This document shows, one piece after another, positions 1 to 11,525 of a DNA stretch of 64,000 bases (positions within the stretch are counted from its first letter, which is position 1; every line of letters begins with the position of its first letter). A program made the position numbers and the translations under genes. The notes beneath the pieces are model-generated. The model did not search any database. It saw nothing but the letters and a program-made list of their open reading frames with translations, and was not told the origin of the DNA. The DNA is from Octopus vulgaris (lineage: Eukaryota): assembly GCA_951406725.2 (NCBI GenBank), contig OX597822.1, positions 5,146,001 to 5,210,000 of the forward strand, written 5' to 3'.

Positions 1-24
1 CTGTGTGTGAGTGTGTGTGTGTGT

Positions 25-85
25 GATTGGATCAACTGGAATCTTTATCATTGTAACCAACAGAGTGCCATTATTTATTTATTTA

Positions 86-134
<49 letters not shown>

Positions 135-210
135 ATATATATATATATATATATAAATAAATAATGGCACTCTGTTGGTTACAATGATAAATATTCCAGT
201 TGATCCAATC
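25..210. repeat. Inverted repeat (~55-bp arms) around an (ATTT)n/(AT)n tract
   Basis: gattggatcaactggaatctttatcattgtaaccaacagagtgccattatttat starting at 25 is the reverse complement of ~157-210 with one mismatch. Confidence 0.9.
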
Positions 211-480
211 AACGGAACAGCCAGCTCATGACATTAAGATGCAAGTGGCTGAGTACTCCACAGACATGTCTACCCTTAATGTAGCTCTCAGGGAGATTCA
301 GTGTGACACAGAGAGTGACAAGGCTGGCCCTTTGAAATACAAATACTACTCATTTTTGCCGGCTGAGTGGACTGGAGGAACGTGAAATAAAGTGTCTTGC
401 TCAAGGACACAACACATCACAAGGAATTGAACTCACAACCTTATGATCATGAACCAAATACCCTAACCACTAAACCACAT
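165..480 (-). mobile_element. tRNA-derived CORE-SINE carrying the family-B tail
   Basis: Minus strand reads tggtttagtggttagg (A box), gagttcaattcc (B box), gtgtccttgagcaagacactttatttcacgttcctccagtccactcagc (CORE-like), then a tail matching 12955-13135. Confidence 0.8.
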
Positions 481-551
481 GGAAAGCTATACAAGTCAAA
501 TAGTGACATTTATAGCTTTCCATTTTGATAACACATTGCTTGCAGCGGTCT

Positions 552-605
<54 letters not shown>

Positions 606-611
606 TATACA

Positions 612-960
612 ATCATTGTTCCAACTTTCCTGTTTCCGGCCTGCAAGTGTCAGACAGAATTCATCGAAGCACACTTTTCTATGGGCAGCTGCTCTTCTTT
701 TTCCAACTGTTACTTGTTTTGAAGCAAAGCAATATTTTGCCCATGGCCAGATATATCTTCACAGACAACTGGAAACAAGGGACTGTTTCCTGTGATAGTG
801 ACCCTCATTCACAACTATCTGGTGATATAAAAAGAAAGAAACAGAAACATACATGCATACACACACACACACACTATAGGCTTTATCTGCTTCATGCACA
901 CACAAGGCTCTGGTTATCCTGGGGTTACAGTAAAAAACATTTGTCCAAGATATATAAACT
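612..960 (-). mobile_element. Old SINE (family-A head, RTE-like tail)
   Basis: Degenerate match to copies at 6255-6680, 10060-10530, 57845-58185 and 62230-62602. Confidence 0.55.
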
Positions 961-1129
961 CTAGATTGATTTTAGATAATATAACAAACAATACTAAACA
1001 GAAATAAAAACAAGAAGGGATAAGAACAAGTATTTGACTCTGATGGTGGGTAGACATCAAGAACTACAAATATATGCAACACATTTGGCTGATTGGTCCC
1101 ACCCATGCTAGCATGGAAGGTAGATGTTA

Positions 1130-1162
<33 letters not shown>

Positions 1163-1354
1163 AATGACTCAAGTGGTGATCTGTGCAAAAAAAAAAAGTG
1201 CAAGAAATGATTATCTGTTTCTTCTTCTTCTTCATCTTCTTCACTCTCTCTCTCTCTCTCTTTCTCTCTTCTCTTGAGGTAGCCATGGTTCTCTTCTAAT
1301 GCAAGACACCTTTTCTGTCCCTCAATACTACTCCCACCAGTTAAAATGTCTTGT

Positions 1355-1585
1355 CCTGCAAGTTACTTGGTGACCTCAATGCTACTGGTGTCATATAAAA
1401 GCACTCAGTATACTGTGTAAAGTGGTTGGCATTAGGAAGGACATCTAACCTTAGAAACCATGCCAAACAGAGAGTAGAACTTGGTGCAGTCTTTTGACTT
1501 GCCAGTTCCTGTCAAACCATCCAATCCATGCGAGCATGGCAAATGGACATTAAACAATGATGACAATGATGATGATAATGATGAC
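1355..1585 (+). mobile_element. RTE-type 3' end (family D) with (GAT)n tail
   Basis: gtggttggcattaggaaggacatc...gtcaaaccatccaatccatg...ggacattaaacaatgatga; many copies in the window. Confidence 0.7.
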
Positions 1586-2210
1586 TCATATATATGGCAA
1601 ATTCTGTACATGTCCACATCAAGCAAATTAGCCAGAATTCCTCACAACCTGAGTTCAAATCCCACCAGGGAGTTGATAAAGAAACAAAAAAGAAAAATCT
1701 ACAAATCCAGGGTGGTGAAGTGGTGGAACTGTAAGAATGCTAAACTAGATGCCATGTGGTATCTGTTGTGGTTCTTTGTGTTCAAAGTTCAAATCACACC
1801 AAGGCCTACTAAGGTGATATACTGAATCTGTCACTCTTTATCAACACTATCACCTGGCACATTAGGTGCTGCCCACCCTGTAGCAAGTTTTTGGGCTGGG
1901 CCTCTAGTTTGACGATATCTTCCTATTTCCCACCAATCTTGGTGGCACAGTAATGGGTCAGAGATACTGCGATCTTCCCTGGCTTACAGTATATGTGTGT
2001 GTGTGTGTCTGTATGTAAATACATACATATATATGTGCAAACACATACATGCAAACATGCTCACACACACTTACACTCATAGCATTGGTGTACTATTTCC
2101 CATTGATTGCTTGGCTTTCTCCTACTGCAATATCTGGATTGTGCAGGATCAAACTGATAATTATCAATTAAATACAATAAGTACAATAAATTTCATACAA
2201 TATAAATATA

Positions 2211-2592
2211 GGCGCAGGAGTGGCTGTATGGTAAGTAGCTTGCTAACCAACCACATGGTTCCGGGTTCAGTCCCACTGCGTGGCATCTTGGGCAAGTGTT
2301 TTCTGCTATAGCCCCGGGCCGACCAATGCCTTGTGAGTGGATTTGGTCGACAGAAACTGAAAGAAGCCTGTCCTATATATGTAGGTGTGTGTTTGTGTGT
2401 GTGTGTTTGTCCCCCTAGCATTGCTTGACAACCGATGCTGGTGTTTACATCCCCGTCACTTAGCGGTTCGGCAAAAGAGATCGATAGAATAAGTATTGGG
2501 CTTACAAAGAATAAGTACCGGGGTCGATTTGCTCGACTAAAGGTGGTGCTCCAGCATGGCTGCAGTCAAATGACTGAAACAAGTAAAAGAGT
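2211..2592 (+). mobile_element. Full-length tRNA-derived SINE family A (CORE-like segment, internal (TG)n)
   Basis: ggcgcaggagtggctgtatggtaag (A box), gggttcagtccc (B box), cttgggcaagtg, tail gactgaaacaagtaaaagag; near-identical reverse copies at 15405-15809 and 20841-21256. Confidence 0.9.
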
Positions 2593-2717
2593 ATACCATA
2601 AGAATTTCCATGTTAAACTAAGCAAAAACATACTTTAGAATAATTTGAATTTTAAGGGAGATAGGGTAATTGATACAGTGTAGCCTTGTAATATATGAGA
2701 ATAATATATGTTCTTTA

Positions 2718-3180
2718 ATAATGGTTTCAAATTTTGCCACAAGGGCAGCAATTTTGGGGAAGGGGATGAGTCGATTACATTGACCCCAGTGTTCAAATGG
2801 TACTTATTTTATTGACCCTGAAAGGGTGTAAGGCAGAATTTGAACTCAGAACACAGCAATGGGCGAAATAGCACTAAGCATTTCATCCAGCACGCTAATA
2901 ATTCTGCCAGCTTGCCAGCTCTATGTTCCTTAATAACAATGGTAATAATAATAAAAAGCAGAATAAGAATAATCCTTTCTACTATAGGCACAAGGCCTGA
3001 AATTTGGGGGAGGGGGGTAGTTGATTACATCAACCCCGGTTCTCAACTGGTACTTAATTTACTGACCCCAAAAGGATGAAAGGCAAGGTTGACCTCAGCA
3101 GAATTTGAACTCAGAATGAAGTGACGGTGAAATGCCACTAACCATTTTGTCCAGCATGCTAACGATGTAGCGAGCTCGCC

Positions 3181-3264
<84 letters not shown>

Positions 3265-3665
3265 AATAATAATAGTACTTCATACTATAGACACAAGGCT
3301 AGCAATTTTGCGGGTGGGGGGGGGACAATTACGTCAACCCATGTGCTCATCTGGTACTTATTTCATGGACCCCAAACAGATGAAAGGCAAAATCAGCTTC
3401 GGGAGAGTATGAACTCTTCAGCTTGCTGCCTTAATATTAATTCTTTCTAACCTTGGCACAAGGCTAGAAGTTTTGAGGGGAGGAGAAGTAAATTACTTTG
3501 ATCCTCACCTCCCCCACACTGAACTGGTATTTATTTTATCAACCCTGAAAGGATGGAAAGCAAAGTCATCTTTGGCAGAATTTGAACTCAGAATGCAAAA
3601 TGATGAAAGAAATAGCACTTTGCATTTGTCCTATGTGCTAACAATTCTGTCAACTTATTGCATTA
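2718..3665 (-). mobile_element. Head-to-tail array of four Meta-domain SINEs (family C) separated by (AAT)n
   Basis: Repeated ggcacaagg...gaccccagtg...ctggtacttattt...gaaaggatgaaaggc...gaatttgaactcagaa...gctaac; the minus-strand gcctttcatccttt..gggtc..taaa..aagtaccag resembles the MetaSINE domain. Copies at ~2720-2925, 2972-3181, 3280-3432 and 3442-3662. Confidence 0.8.
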
Positions 3666-4227
3666 ATAACAATAACAGCAGCATCAGCAACAACAACAAT
3701 AATAATAATAATGACAATATCTTTGATGTGAACTGAAAGTAAATCAGATAGAGAAATATTGACTAGAATTTGCCTTTGAACGAGGCAGTAAGATATTGAG
3801 TTAAATGTGACAAGACAAAATGAGATATTGCAGATAAAATAATCTAAGAAATAGACATTAGAGAGATATACCTGCATGGTTAAAAGACATCATTATCATC
3901 ATCATAATGATAATGTTGATGATGATGATGATGATTGAGAATTAATTTTTATTGAGTAATACCAGCTGTTTGCTATTCTCCTTGCACAGTATTGTTAGTG
4001 AAGCTAATGGTAACAATGGCAATGGTGGTGACGTTGGTGGAGTTGATCAATATCACTGACAAAGAGCCAACATTCTTCTGTAACTTATTCATATTTAACA
4101 TTAAATTCCAGCAGACATTTTATATTTGATGCAGTAAATGAAAAAAGACATCCAGCAAACACTTTAATGGCAAAATATCTCAAGCATAGATTCTGCATAC
4201 AATATATATATAAAAATAATAATAAAT

Positions 4228-4474
4228 GTGCCCTTTTAAAGCCTAGCCAGGCTCATGGGCCCAGTTTCCTAGTTTCAATGGCATATGTGTTCCCCAGTTG
4301 GACAGGACACCAGTCCATCACAGCTTTACTCATTTTTGCCAACTGAGTGGACTGGAGCAACGTGAAATGAAGTGTTTTGCTTAAGAACACAACACATCAC
4401 CTGGTCCAGGAGTCGAAATCACAATCTTACGATCATGATGCTGACATCCTAACCACTAAGCCACGTGCCTCCAC
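4228..4474 (-). mobile_element. tRNA-derived CORE-SINE with a different tail (family H)
   Basis: Minus strand gtggaggcacgtggcttagtggttagg...tttcgactcc...gtgttcttaagcaaaacacttcatttcacgttgctccagtccactcag. Confidence 0.8.
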
Positions 4475-4478
4475 GCAT

Positions 4479-4513
<35 letters not shown>

Positions 4514-4699
4514 TAGGATTTCACAGGGTCTTGTATCCCCTTCACTCAGACGCTCTAACACACCTTGTGTGCTCACCTGCCAACTCTACACTAACAACTA
4601 TAACCAGTCCTTCCTTCCCAGGATATCAACCCTCTGAAATCATCTACCTGCTCATGTCTTGCCAGCAGGTATTCACCAGCAGAAATTTAGATGGAACAG

Positions 4700-5128
4700 G
4701 AACCCTTTTGTTATCATATTCCTGTTGAAATACATTGCCTTTGCTTCAATTAATAAGGAAAATTAGAAAGAATTTAGGGGAAAAAAAACCCTAGAGTTTG
4801 GAACATAAATTAATGTGGAATTTTTATTGAAAGTTTCAGTTTATATGAGTCTAAAAGATTGATTTAACCCTTTAGCATTCATATTATTGTCAAATGCAAT
4901 GTGTATTGTTTTCACAGTTTAGAATTAATCATGCATTATTTTGTAACCTCGAGATTTCAATGTGACTGTTTATTTTTAAAATGACATTGTAAAGTAGGTG
5001 TTGGAGGTTGGATTTGGCCAGTTTAAAACTGAAGTAGGATATTTTGGCTGGACATGGGCAGTTTAAATGCTAAAGGGTTAAATTTTTGTAGCACAGAACC
5101 AAAACGTGGTCTCAAGCAGGTTGGTTAA
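4700..5128. mobile_element. Older piggyBac-type MITE (family F) interrupted by a family-E MITE
   Basis: aacccttttgttatc left end; body similar to 52343-52563 and 60515-60742. Confidence 0.55.
4868..5077. mobile_element. piggyBac-type MITE (family E)
   Basis: TTAA|ccctttagcatt ... aatgctaaaggg|TTAA terminal inverted repeats with TTAA target duplication. Confidence 0.9.
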
Positions 5129-6254
5129 TGGCATCAAGCTCATTGGTCTTTGAGGGAGATATTGCCTCCTCTTTCAGACTCAGCAAGTAAAATAAATAAA
5201 TAACCAAGCAAATAGATAAAATAAAAAACTAACAAAAGAAGATATATAATAAAATTAAATTGGTAAATTTTGATCAACTGATATTGTTCAAGTAAATATT
5301 TTACTCTGAATGCATAAAATCTAGATACAACAAGCATGGGAAATCACTAACATTGGTTCATCAAATTTTTTGTGTTTTTGACAGTGTAAACAATGAAGAT
5401 TTGAGTGGATCTGGTCTTTAAAATTGGTGAAAGTAATGGAGCTGTTTCAGTCTTAGATCCTCCTCAGCAAAGCTTTGAAACACGTTGGCTGCTTTTCACC
5501 AGTTAGCTTCAAAGGCCAAATTTACTCCAATGTGCATAGACTACATTGTCCAGGATTTTGAATAACAGCTCTCAGTAGAGTGATCAATCATTCTTGCTTT
5601 TAGATTTTAAACATTCCTGGAAAGAGTTTTTGTCTATGAATTGCTTCAATAATCTCAGTTGTTTGAAGTTTTTCAACCCACTACAATTACATATGCGAAA
5701 CCCTATCTTAACATTAAGGGCATACTTGATAGCATAAACAAAAGCATCTACTTGGAAAGCATCTACTTGGCTCAGTTGTTTCATTGTCTATACTGTCTCT
5801 AGCCACCATGGCTGATCTGTTTTGGTTTGTCAATTAAATTAATGAAAACTTTCTCCAAATACTTTGACACTGAACTATTTCAGATCCTCATCAATAGCTT
5901 TCTCTGCAGTTAAACATCTAATTATTTCTTTAATATATCTATTGATTCAATCTGAAATTCAATTTATTCGTCTAAGTAACATGTTATTAATACTTCACCA
6001 AATCTCAATTTAATTCCGTAAAGAATCTATTCTTCACTCCAGAGATAGGTAAATAGGTGAAGCAAAGCTGACCATCAGTAAGCTACTGATGATGATGAAA
6101 ATAATGGTGGTGGTGGTGGTGGTGAGCATGATGAAGTGGATGAAGATGATTGTATATTTCCATGTTCAAATTCAACAGTTTTTCAATCATAGAAATCATC
6201 ATTATCATTACCAATAGACTTTTTTTTAATTATCAATAGGAATCCTCGTTAATA

Positions 6255-6680
6255 TCATTATTATTATTTCAATGTCCACTTTTCCGTGCTTGTAAAGGTC
6301 ACATGAAATTTGCTGAGGCAAATTTTCTGTGACCAGACATGCTTTCTGTCACAAAACCTCACCTATTACCAAGAAAGGCAATAGTTCCCTAAATGCAATG
6401 GCCATATTGTGTGTATGGAAGATTGTAAACAAATGACACCATTTGCATAAACAGTGACTTTATTTTCAATCAGTGCGTTAATGTCAAGACAAGGGGAAGA
6501 CACACATATGCAATGGGTATTTTGCAGAGTCTGCTTAACGATTCACTTACATAGCATCAGTCAGCCCATGGCCAAGGTAGAAAGCACCAGTTGGTTGTAT
6601 CGCACAACGAGAATAAATCCTAAATAACAGGATTCCAAAGCAAATGTCTGAAACACACAATCCTTCCCTGTACTTATAAA
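6255..6680 (-). mobile_element. Old SINE (family-A head, RTE-like tail)
   Basis: aatgtccacttttccgtgcttg...atgtcaagacaagggg... degenerate match to other copies. Confidence 0.55.
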
Positions 6681-6767
6681 CATAGCTCAGTAAATATTGG
6701 TTTCAAATTTTGGCAGAAGGGGATAAGTTGATCACATTGACCCCACTACCAAACTGGTGTTTATTTT

Positions 6768-7010
6768 AATTTACATTCGACGGATATTTGTCCTCATCTT
6801 GTTTGGTGTTAACACAACATTTCGGCTGATATACCTTCCAGCCTTCTTCAGGTCTCTTGGGGAAATTTTGAACCTGAATTCTCATTCCTAAGGTATTTTT
6901 CGATGTTGTTGTTGTTGTTGTTATTATTATTATTATTATTATTGTTGTTCAGGTCACTGCATGGAATCGAACTCGGAATCTTGGGGTTAGTAGCCCGTGC
7001 TCTTAACCCC
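6768..7010 (-). mobile_element. tRNA-headed element with Penelope-type hammerhead tail (family G), copy 1
   Basis: Minus strand: ggttaagagcacgggctactaaccccaagattccgagttcgattcc (tRNA-like, B box), then (aat)n(aac)n, then cctgaagaaggctggaaggtatatcagccgaaatgttgtgtt. Confidence 0.75.
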
Positions 7011-7039
7011 AAGATTCCAAGTTCGATTCCAAGTAGTGT

Positions 7040-7071
<32 letters not shown>

Positions 7072-7084
7072 TATTTTTTTAAAA

Positions 7085-7603
7085 AGGATTGACATAACTC
7101 TTCACAAAGGTAAACAGTCAAGACGAAGAGCGCAATTCGATTGTAATTTTATTGAATGATATTTCAACAGTGAGTCTGTCTTTGTCAAGTTCAAAATAAG
7201 AAGTGATAAAAATAGAGAAATTTAAATGTAAAGTATGAACGAGAGCATGTAGCGTCCACACGTTGATGGAATAACATCATCAGTTTTTAAGTCTTTAACA
7301 GGCGAAAAGAAAAAACAAGAAAAAACAGAAAAAAGAAGACGACAGAAAAAGGAAAGAAAAAGAGAGAGAAAGAAGAATATTCAATCAAACAGCTTTGTAT
7401 AAATTTGATGATATTCTCCTGTCATCTTATTCATTCCTCCATGGTGTGATGTTAATAACCCGCAAACATATTTCTCCTCATACACTCTGAGAAGTGAAAG
7501 CGAAGTAGATTCAGAATATTTTCTGAGAATATGCACTTTCAAGTCTTCTTCAAAATTGCAGCCGTTTGAAACGAAAAGTTCAGCAAGTTCTGTCAAATCG
7601 CGC
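7085..7603 (-). pseudogene. Penelope-like element 3' fragment: GIY-YIG endonuclease C-terminus plus pseudo-LTR
   Basis: ORF 7381-7596 ELAELFVSNGCNFEEDLKVHIL...YEEKYVCGLLTSHHGGMNK fits the PLE endonuclease end (vaeHF..GH...DLkv.IL...E..yI..L.T..P.GmN); followed by ttgacaa-agacagactcactgtt-gaaa...aataaa. Confidence 0.7.
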
Positions 7604-7706
7604 TAATAATAACAACAACAACAACAACAACAACAATAATGACAACAACAACAACAACATCGAAAAATACCTTAGGAATGAGAACCCAGGTTCAACATTT
7701 CCCCAA

Positions 7707-7752
7707 GACACCTGAAGAAGGCTGGAGGGTATATCAGCTGAAATGTTGTGTT
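7707..7752 (+). ncRNA. Minimal type I hammerhead-like motif (mirror copy at 6811-6856, minus strand)
   Basis: acac CTGAAGA a ggctg-gagggtatat-cagc(t/c) GAAA tgTT gtgt: stem I acac/gtgt, stem II ggctg/cagcc, vestigial stem III. Confidence 0.6.
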
Positions 7753-8534
7753 AACAACAAACAAGATGAGGACAAATATCTATCTAATGTAAATAATTCC
7801 TCATCTCTTAAAATATAGAACTGTATGGTGCTTATTTTATTGACCCTGAAAGGATGAAAGGCAAATTTGACCTCATCGGAATTCAAATTCAGAATGTAAA
7901 GACAGGTGAAATGCGCACTGAACATTTTGCCCGATATGCTAATGATTCTGTGGTGCCATGAAGTAGAAGTCTTCAAATATTTTAACATGACAGACATCAC
8001 ATGAATTAGTTTATGAATGGATACAAAAACATAAATAATTTAATTGTTTTCTTCTATTTCTAAATATTTAAACCAACATAAAAGACCTATGTTGGCAACA
8101 TGTTTCTCTGTGAGCTACAGGTACAACACTGTTGCTGAAAAGATATTTACTCCAGCCTGTCCTCAACAGATTTTCTCCATCGATGAATTTTTATTTAAAT
8201 GGAGGTGAAAATTCAGATTTTCAGCAAAATCCAGGTTTAGAATTCAAACCAAGTTAGTTTGCTAAGAAATTCAAGCTTTACAGCTAACTAACGTTAAGGC
8301 TATTTTACTTTGGTCAATTGACTTTTGTAAAAGAGCGTGATAGTTTATCGAATTGACACTAGTAATTAATTATAATACAGACCTCAAAGGAATGAAAGAC
8401 GATGCTGAGTTTTGCATGGGTCACATCCAAATAATGAAAAGAGAAAACTAAACACTTGTATGGTACATTATTGGTTCAGCCAGTCATGAGCTTAATAACA
8501 AATATAATGCAAAGGGGTTTTAATAGCACATAAA

Positions 8535-8790
8535 AACCCCTTTTGAGCGAGGGTGTGGTTGTTGCCAGAACCGCCTGACTGGCCATCATGCCGGTGGCAC
8601 ATAAAAAGCACCCACAACACTCTCGGAGTAGTTGGCGTTAGGAAGGGCATCCAGCTGTAGAAATTTTGCCAGGCCAGATTGAGCCTGGTTCAGCCTCTGG
8701 CTCACTAGTCCTCAGTCAAACCATCCAACCCATGCCAGCATGGAAAGCGGACATTAAACAATGATGATGATGATGATGATGATGATAATA
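8535..8790 (+). mobile_element. RTE-type 3' end (family D) with (GAT)n tail
   Basis: gttggcgttaggaagggcatccagctgtagaa...catggaaagcggacattaaacaatgatgatg. Confidence 0.8.
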
Positions 8791-10017
8791 ATGTATCACC
8801 GTACTGTAAAAAAATTAAATAAATAAACAGATCAAAGATAGCTCTTTGAATCAACTCAGTACATCATTATTATTTACTTATTGGCTATCGAGAAATGTGA
8901 AGCAAATTTAGCCTTGATTTGTTTTGAACTTGTATTCTTTTACTTGTTTTAGTCATTCGACTGTGGCCATGCTGGAGCACCCACTCACAAGGCTTTGGTC
9001 GACCCAAAGCTATAATAGAAGATGCCTGCCCAAGGTGCCACACAGTGAGATTGAACCTGGAGCCAAGCTTCTTACCATGGTTTGAAACAAAATATTGAAA
9101 CCAGGAGCCTTACCAATTCTTTGAAGTGATAAAGAGAATTTTGCTTTGTTTTGTTTTTTAATCTATGAAGAGGCAACCATGAGATGTGGTGATGTTTATG
9201 CCTTTAACATAGACACCAGCAATGTAAGTAAAATAACAACAGTAAAGGAAAAAAAAGAACAAAAATGATAAAATAACAAGCACCATTACTGACATTGATG
9301 AAAGCCAAACCTGATACTATGGATTAAAACTAAATCCAATCATGAAGAGTTTACATTTAAGTAGACAGTTCTGTCTTAAGTGATTCCTTCTCCCAGAAGC
9401 ATTAACTGAATTTTGGTCTTCAGTAATTGAATCCGACTCAATTGACATTCAAATAATCTGTGTGTTTTTTCTTTTCTTTTCCTTTTGAGAGATAAACATT
9501 TTCAGATTTGAAAATCTTTAGCCAGCCATTATTAGTTAATAGCCCAAATACCAACATCCATTTCAAGTACGTTTCTAGTTCTTAGTTTATCATTGTCTGC
9601 TTAGTTCAGCTTTTCAGAACATGGTTGAAACATTAATCCCAGTTATCATACTTGATGGAATTAGATAAGTAAATGGAAATAACTGTTTATATATATATAT
9701 GGTTGATGTTATGAAGTAGCAGCAACAGTAATAGTAGTAGTAGTACATAAACCATAAACGTGCTCTCAGCACACCACACACACATCCAGCTGCCATGTAC
9801 ATTATGAGCTGAAATGATAAAATGCAAATTCCCATCTCTTCAAAAATACTTTACTGAAATTTCAGCAGTTCAAATATGTAGTGTCTGAGATAGAGAAGAT
9901 TGACTGCCACAACTTAGTTTCAAAGTTTCTTGGGTCAGTTCTGTTTAATGTAGATGTAATTGTTGAGTTGCCCAGATCAGTTCCTTTTACGTAGACAGCC
10001 AAGATATATTTTGCTAA

Positions 10018-10212
10018 TCAAAGTCTTAGGAACAAGATTCACATCTAGAACATATGATATTATGATAAGTTTCAGGTTCAATCCTGCTGAATGACACCTT
10101 GAGCAAGCAAGATGTATAGGACCAGTCAAAGTCTTAGAAGCAAGGCTCACATCTAGAACACATGATATTAAGATATGTTTCAGGTTCAATTCCAATATGT
10201 GGTACCTTGAGC
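10018..10212 (+). repeat. Old ~108-bp tandem duplication covering a SINE 5' region
   Basis: tcaaagtcttag..caag..tcacatctagaaca.atgatatta.gata.gtttcaggttcaat...accttgagc occurs twice. Confidence 0.8.
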
Positions 10213-10530
10213 GTCTTTTGTTATAACATTAGATCAACCAAAGCCTTGTGAGTGGATTTGGTAGGTAGAAACTGGAGGAAACCTGTTGTGTGTGTGTGTG
10301 TGTTAGTGCCTTCTTGACTTGACGTTGCATGGTAGTTGTAAACAAGTGTCACCATCATACAAGTGGTGCCCTTGATTTCCAGTTGTCCATAAAAACATGT
10401 CTGGTCTTGGGGATTTATTCCCTTGCTTGAGAACAAGTGAGGATTAGCAACTGGAAGGGCATCTGGCCACATAAAATCTACCTTGATTAATTCTGTCTGA
10501 CCAGAGCAGGTATAACAATGATGATGGATG
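10180..10530 (+). mobile_element. Old SINE (family-A head, RTE-like tail)
   Basis: accaaagccttgtgagtggatttggtag..(tg)n..cttgacttgacgttgcatggtagttgtaaacaagtgtc..ggaagggcatctggcc. Confidence 0.65.
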
Positions 10531-11289
10531 TCTGGCAGGTTAGTTTGTGCTAAACTCACAGTGTAGTATGTAGCCATTGCTATCCCATCTTTCAGACGTA
10601 TATTTTATTCAGATACAGAAGATGTCTTAATGCAGGTAGTGACCACATCAATACTTCATTGTTGATTTGACATCATGCTCTAAATTTATGATTTGGCGTT
10701 TCATACACAGCCTAACTCAGTCTTTATTAAAAAATACGTGGATGACAGAAAATTAATTTCCTATCTGTCATTATCAAAATTACTTATAAAGATTTTTACA
10801 ACCTGTTTACCATACTAAGAAAATTGTCTTTTTCCTGCATTGATTTAGTGGTATGTCAAAGTATTTTAATGTTACTTAACTGTAGTTGAAATAAAATTGA
10901 AAAAAGTTTGTGTTTTTTCTTTTATTAATTTCTTAGATGTCAATTCTAATGTTATGTAATTTTAGTTGGAAAAAAAAATTATTTGAACAAAAATCAATTT
11001 TAACACTTTATTACATTAACCAAAGACAATTAAACAATATCAAAACATTTTGATGAAATACAAATAACTAGTGTTTAGAAGATAAGCAGAATAGCCTAGA
11101 TTAAAACCTTCTATCGAAATTACATGTTAATTTATATTCCACTCACCAGCTTAATGACAACAAAGTCACTTTACTAGATTCTTCCTTATTTTCAAACTTA
11201 ATCAAAACAAATGCATTGTTTTACAACAGAAATATGGTAAAAAGGGTTACAGTTAAATAGTAGTAGCTAGGGAAGACCATTTATTTTAA

Positions 11290-11525
11290 CCCTTTAGCAT
11301 TTGAACTGAGCATATCCAGCTAAGACATTCCTACCTGTTTTATCTTCAAACTGGCCAGATCTAGCGTCTTACATCTATCCTGTCATTTTAAAAATAAACA
11401 ATCACATCACTGTAATCTTAAAGCTATGAGATAGTGAATGATCAACATAAAACAATGCGAATAAATAAACATTAAATTTAACAAAATTTCTCATGCTATG
11501 AAAACCATATTGACAAAATAAAGGG
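11290..11525. mobile_element. piggyBac-type MITE (family E) with a templated insertion in the right end
   Basis: TTAA|ccctttagcatt ... taaaggg|TTAA. Confidence 0.85.

Larger units (their letters stand above)
7005..7822 (+). mobile_element. Family G copy 2 (inverted relative to copy 1), interrupted in its microsatellite by a Penelope fragment
   Basis: 7005-7070 mirrors 6935-6991, and 7604-7795 mirrors 6768-6935. Confidence 0.75.
6697..7955 (-). mobile_element. Meta-domain SINE (family C) split by a ~1.05-kb composite insertion
   Basis: Halves at 6697-6768 and 7826-7955; tggtg(t/c)ttatttta is duplicated on both sides of the insertion. Confidence 0.75.

Noticed and set aside
479-964. 161-aa ORF, and similar ORFs at 14963-15577, 24293-24685, 27035-27541, 30595-31116 and 44033-44592
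   Set aside because: Open only because they run through stop-free microsatellites (YIYI, THTH, CVCV, poly-H) and SINE sequence
2718-3665. CRISPR-like repeat-spacer array
   Set aside because: Units are ~200-bp divergent SINE copies with microsatellite linkers; eukaryotic context and no cas genes
9618-9668. Plus-strand mini-exon (ttttcag| ... |gtaaat)
   Set aside because: All three frames contain a stop and there is no other support
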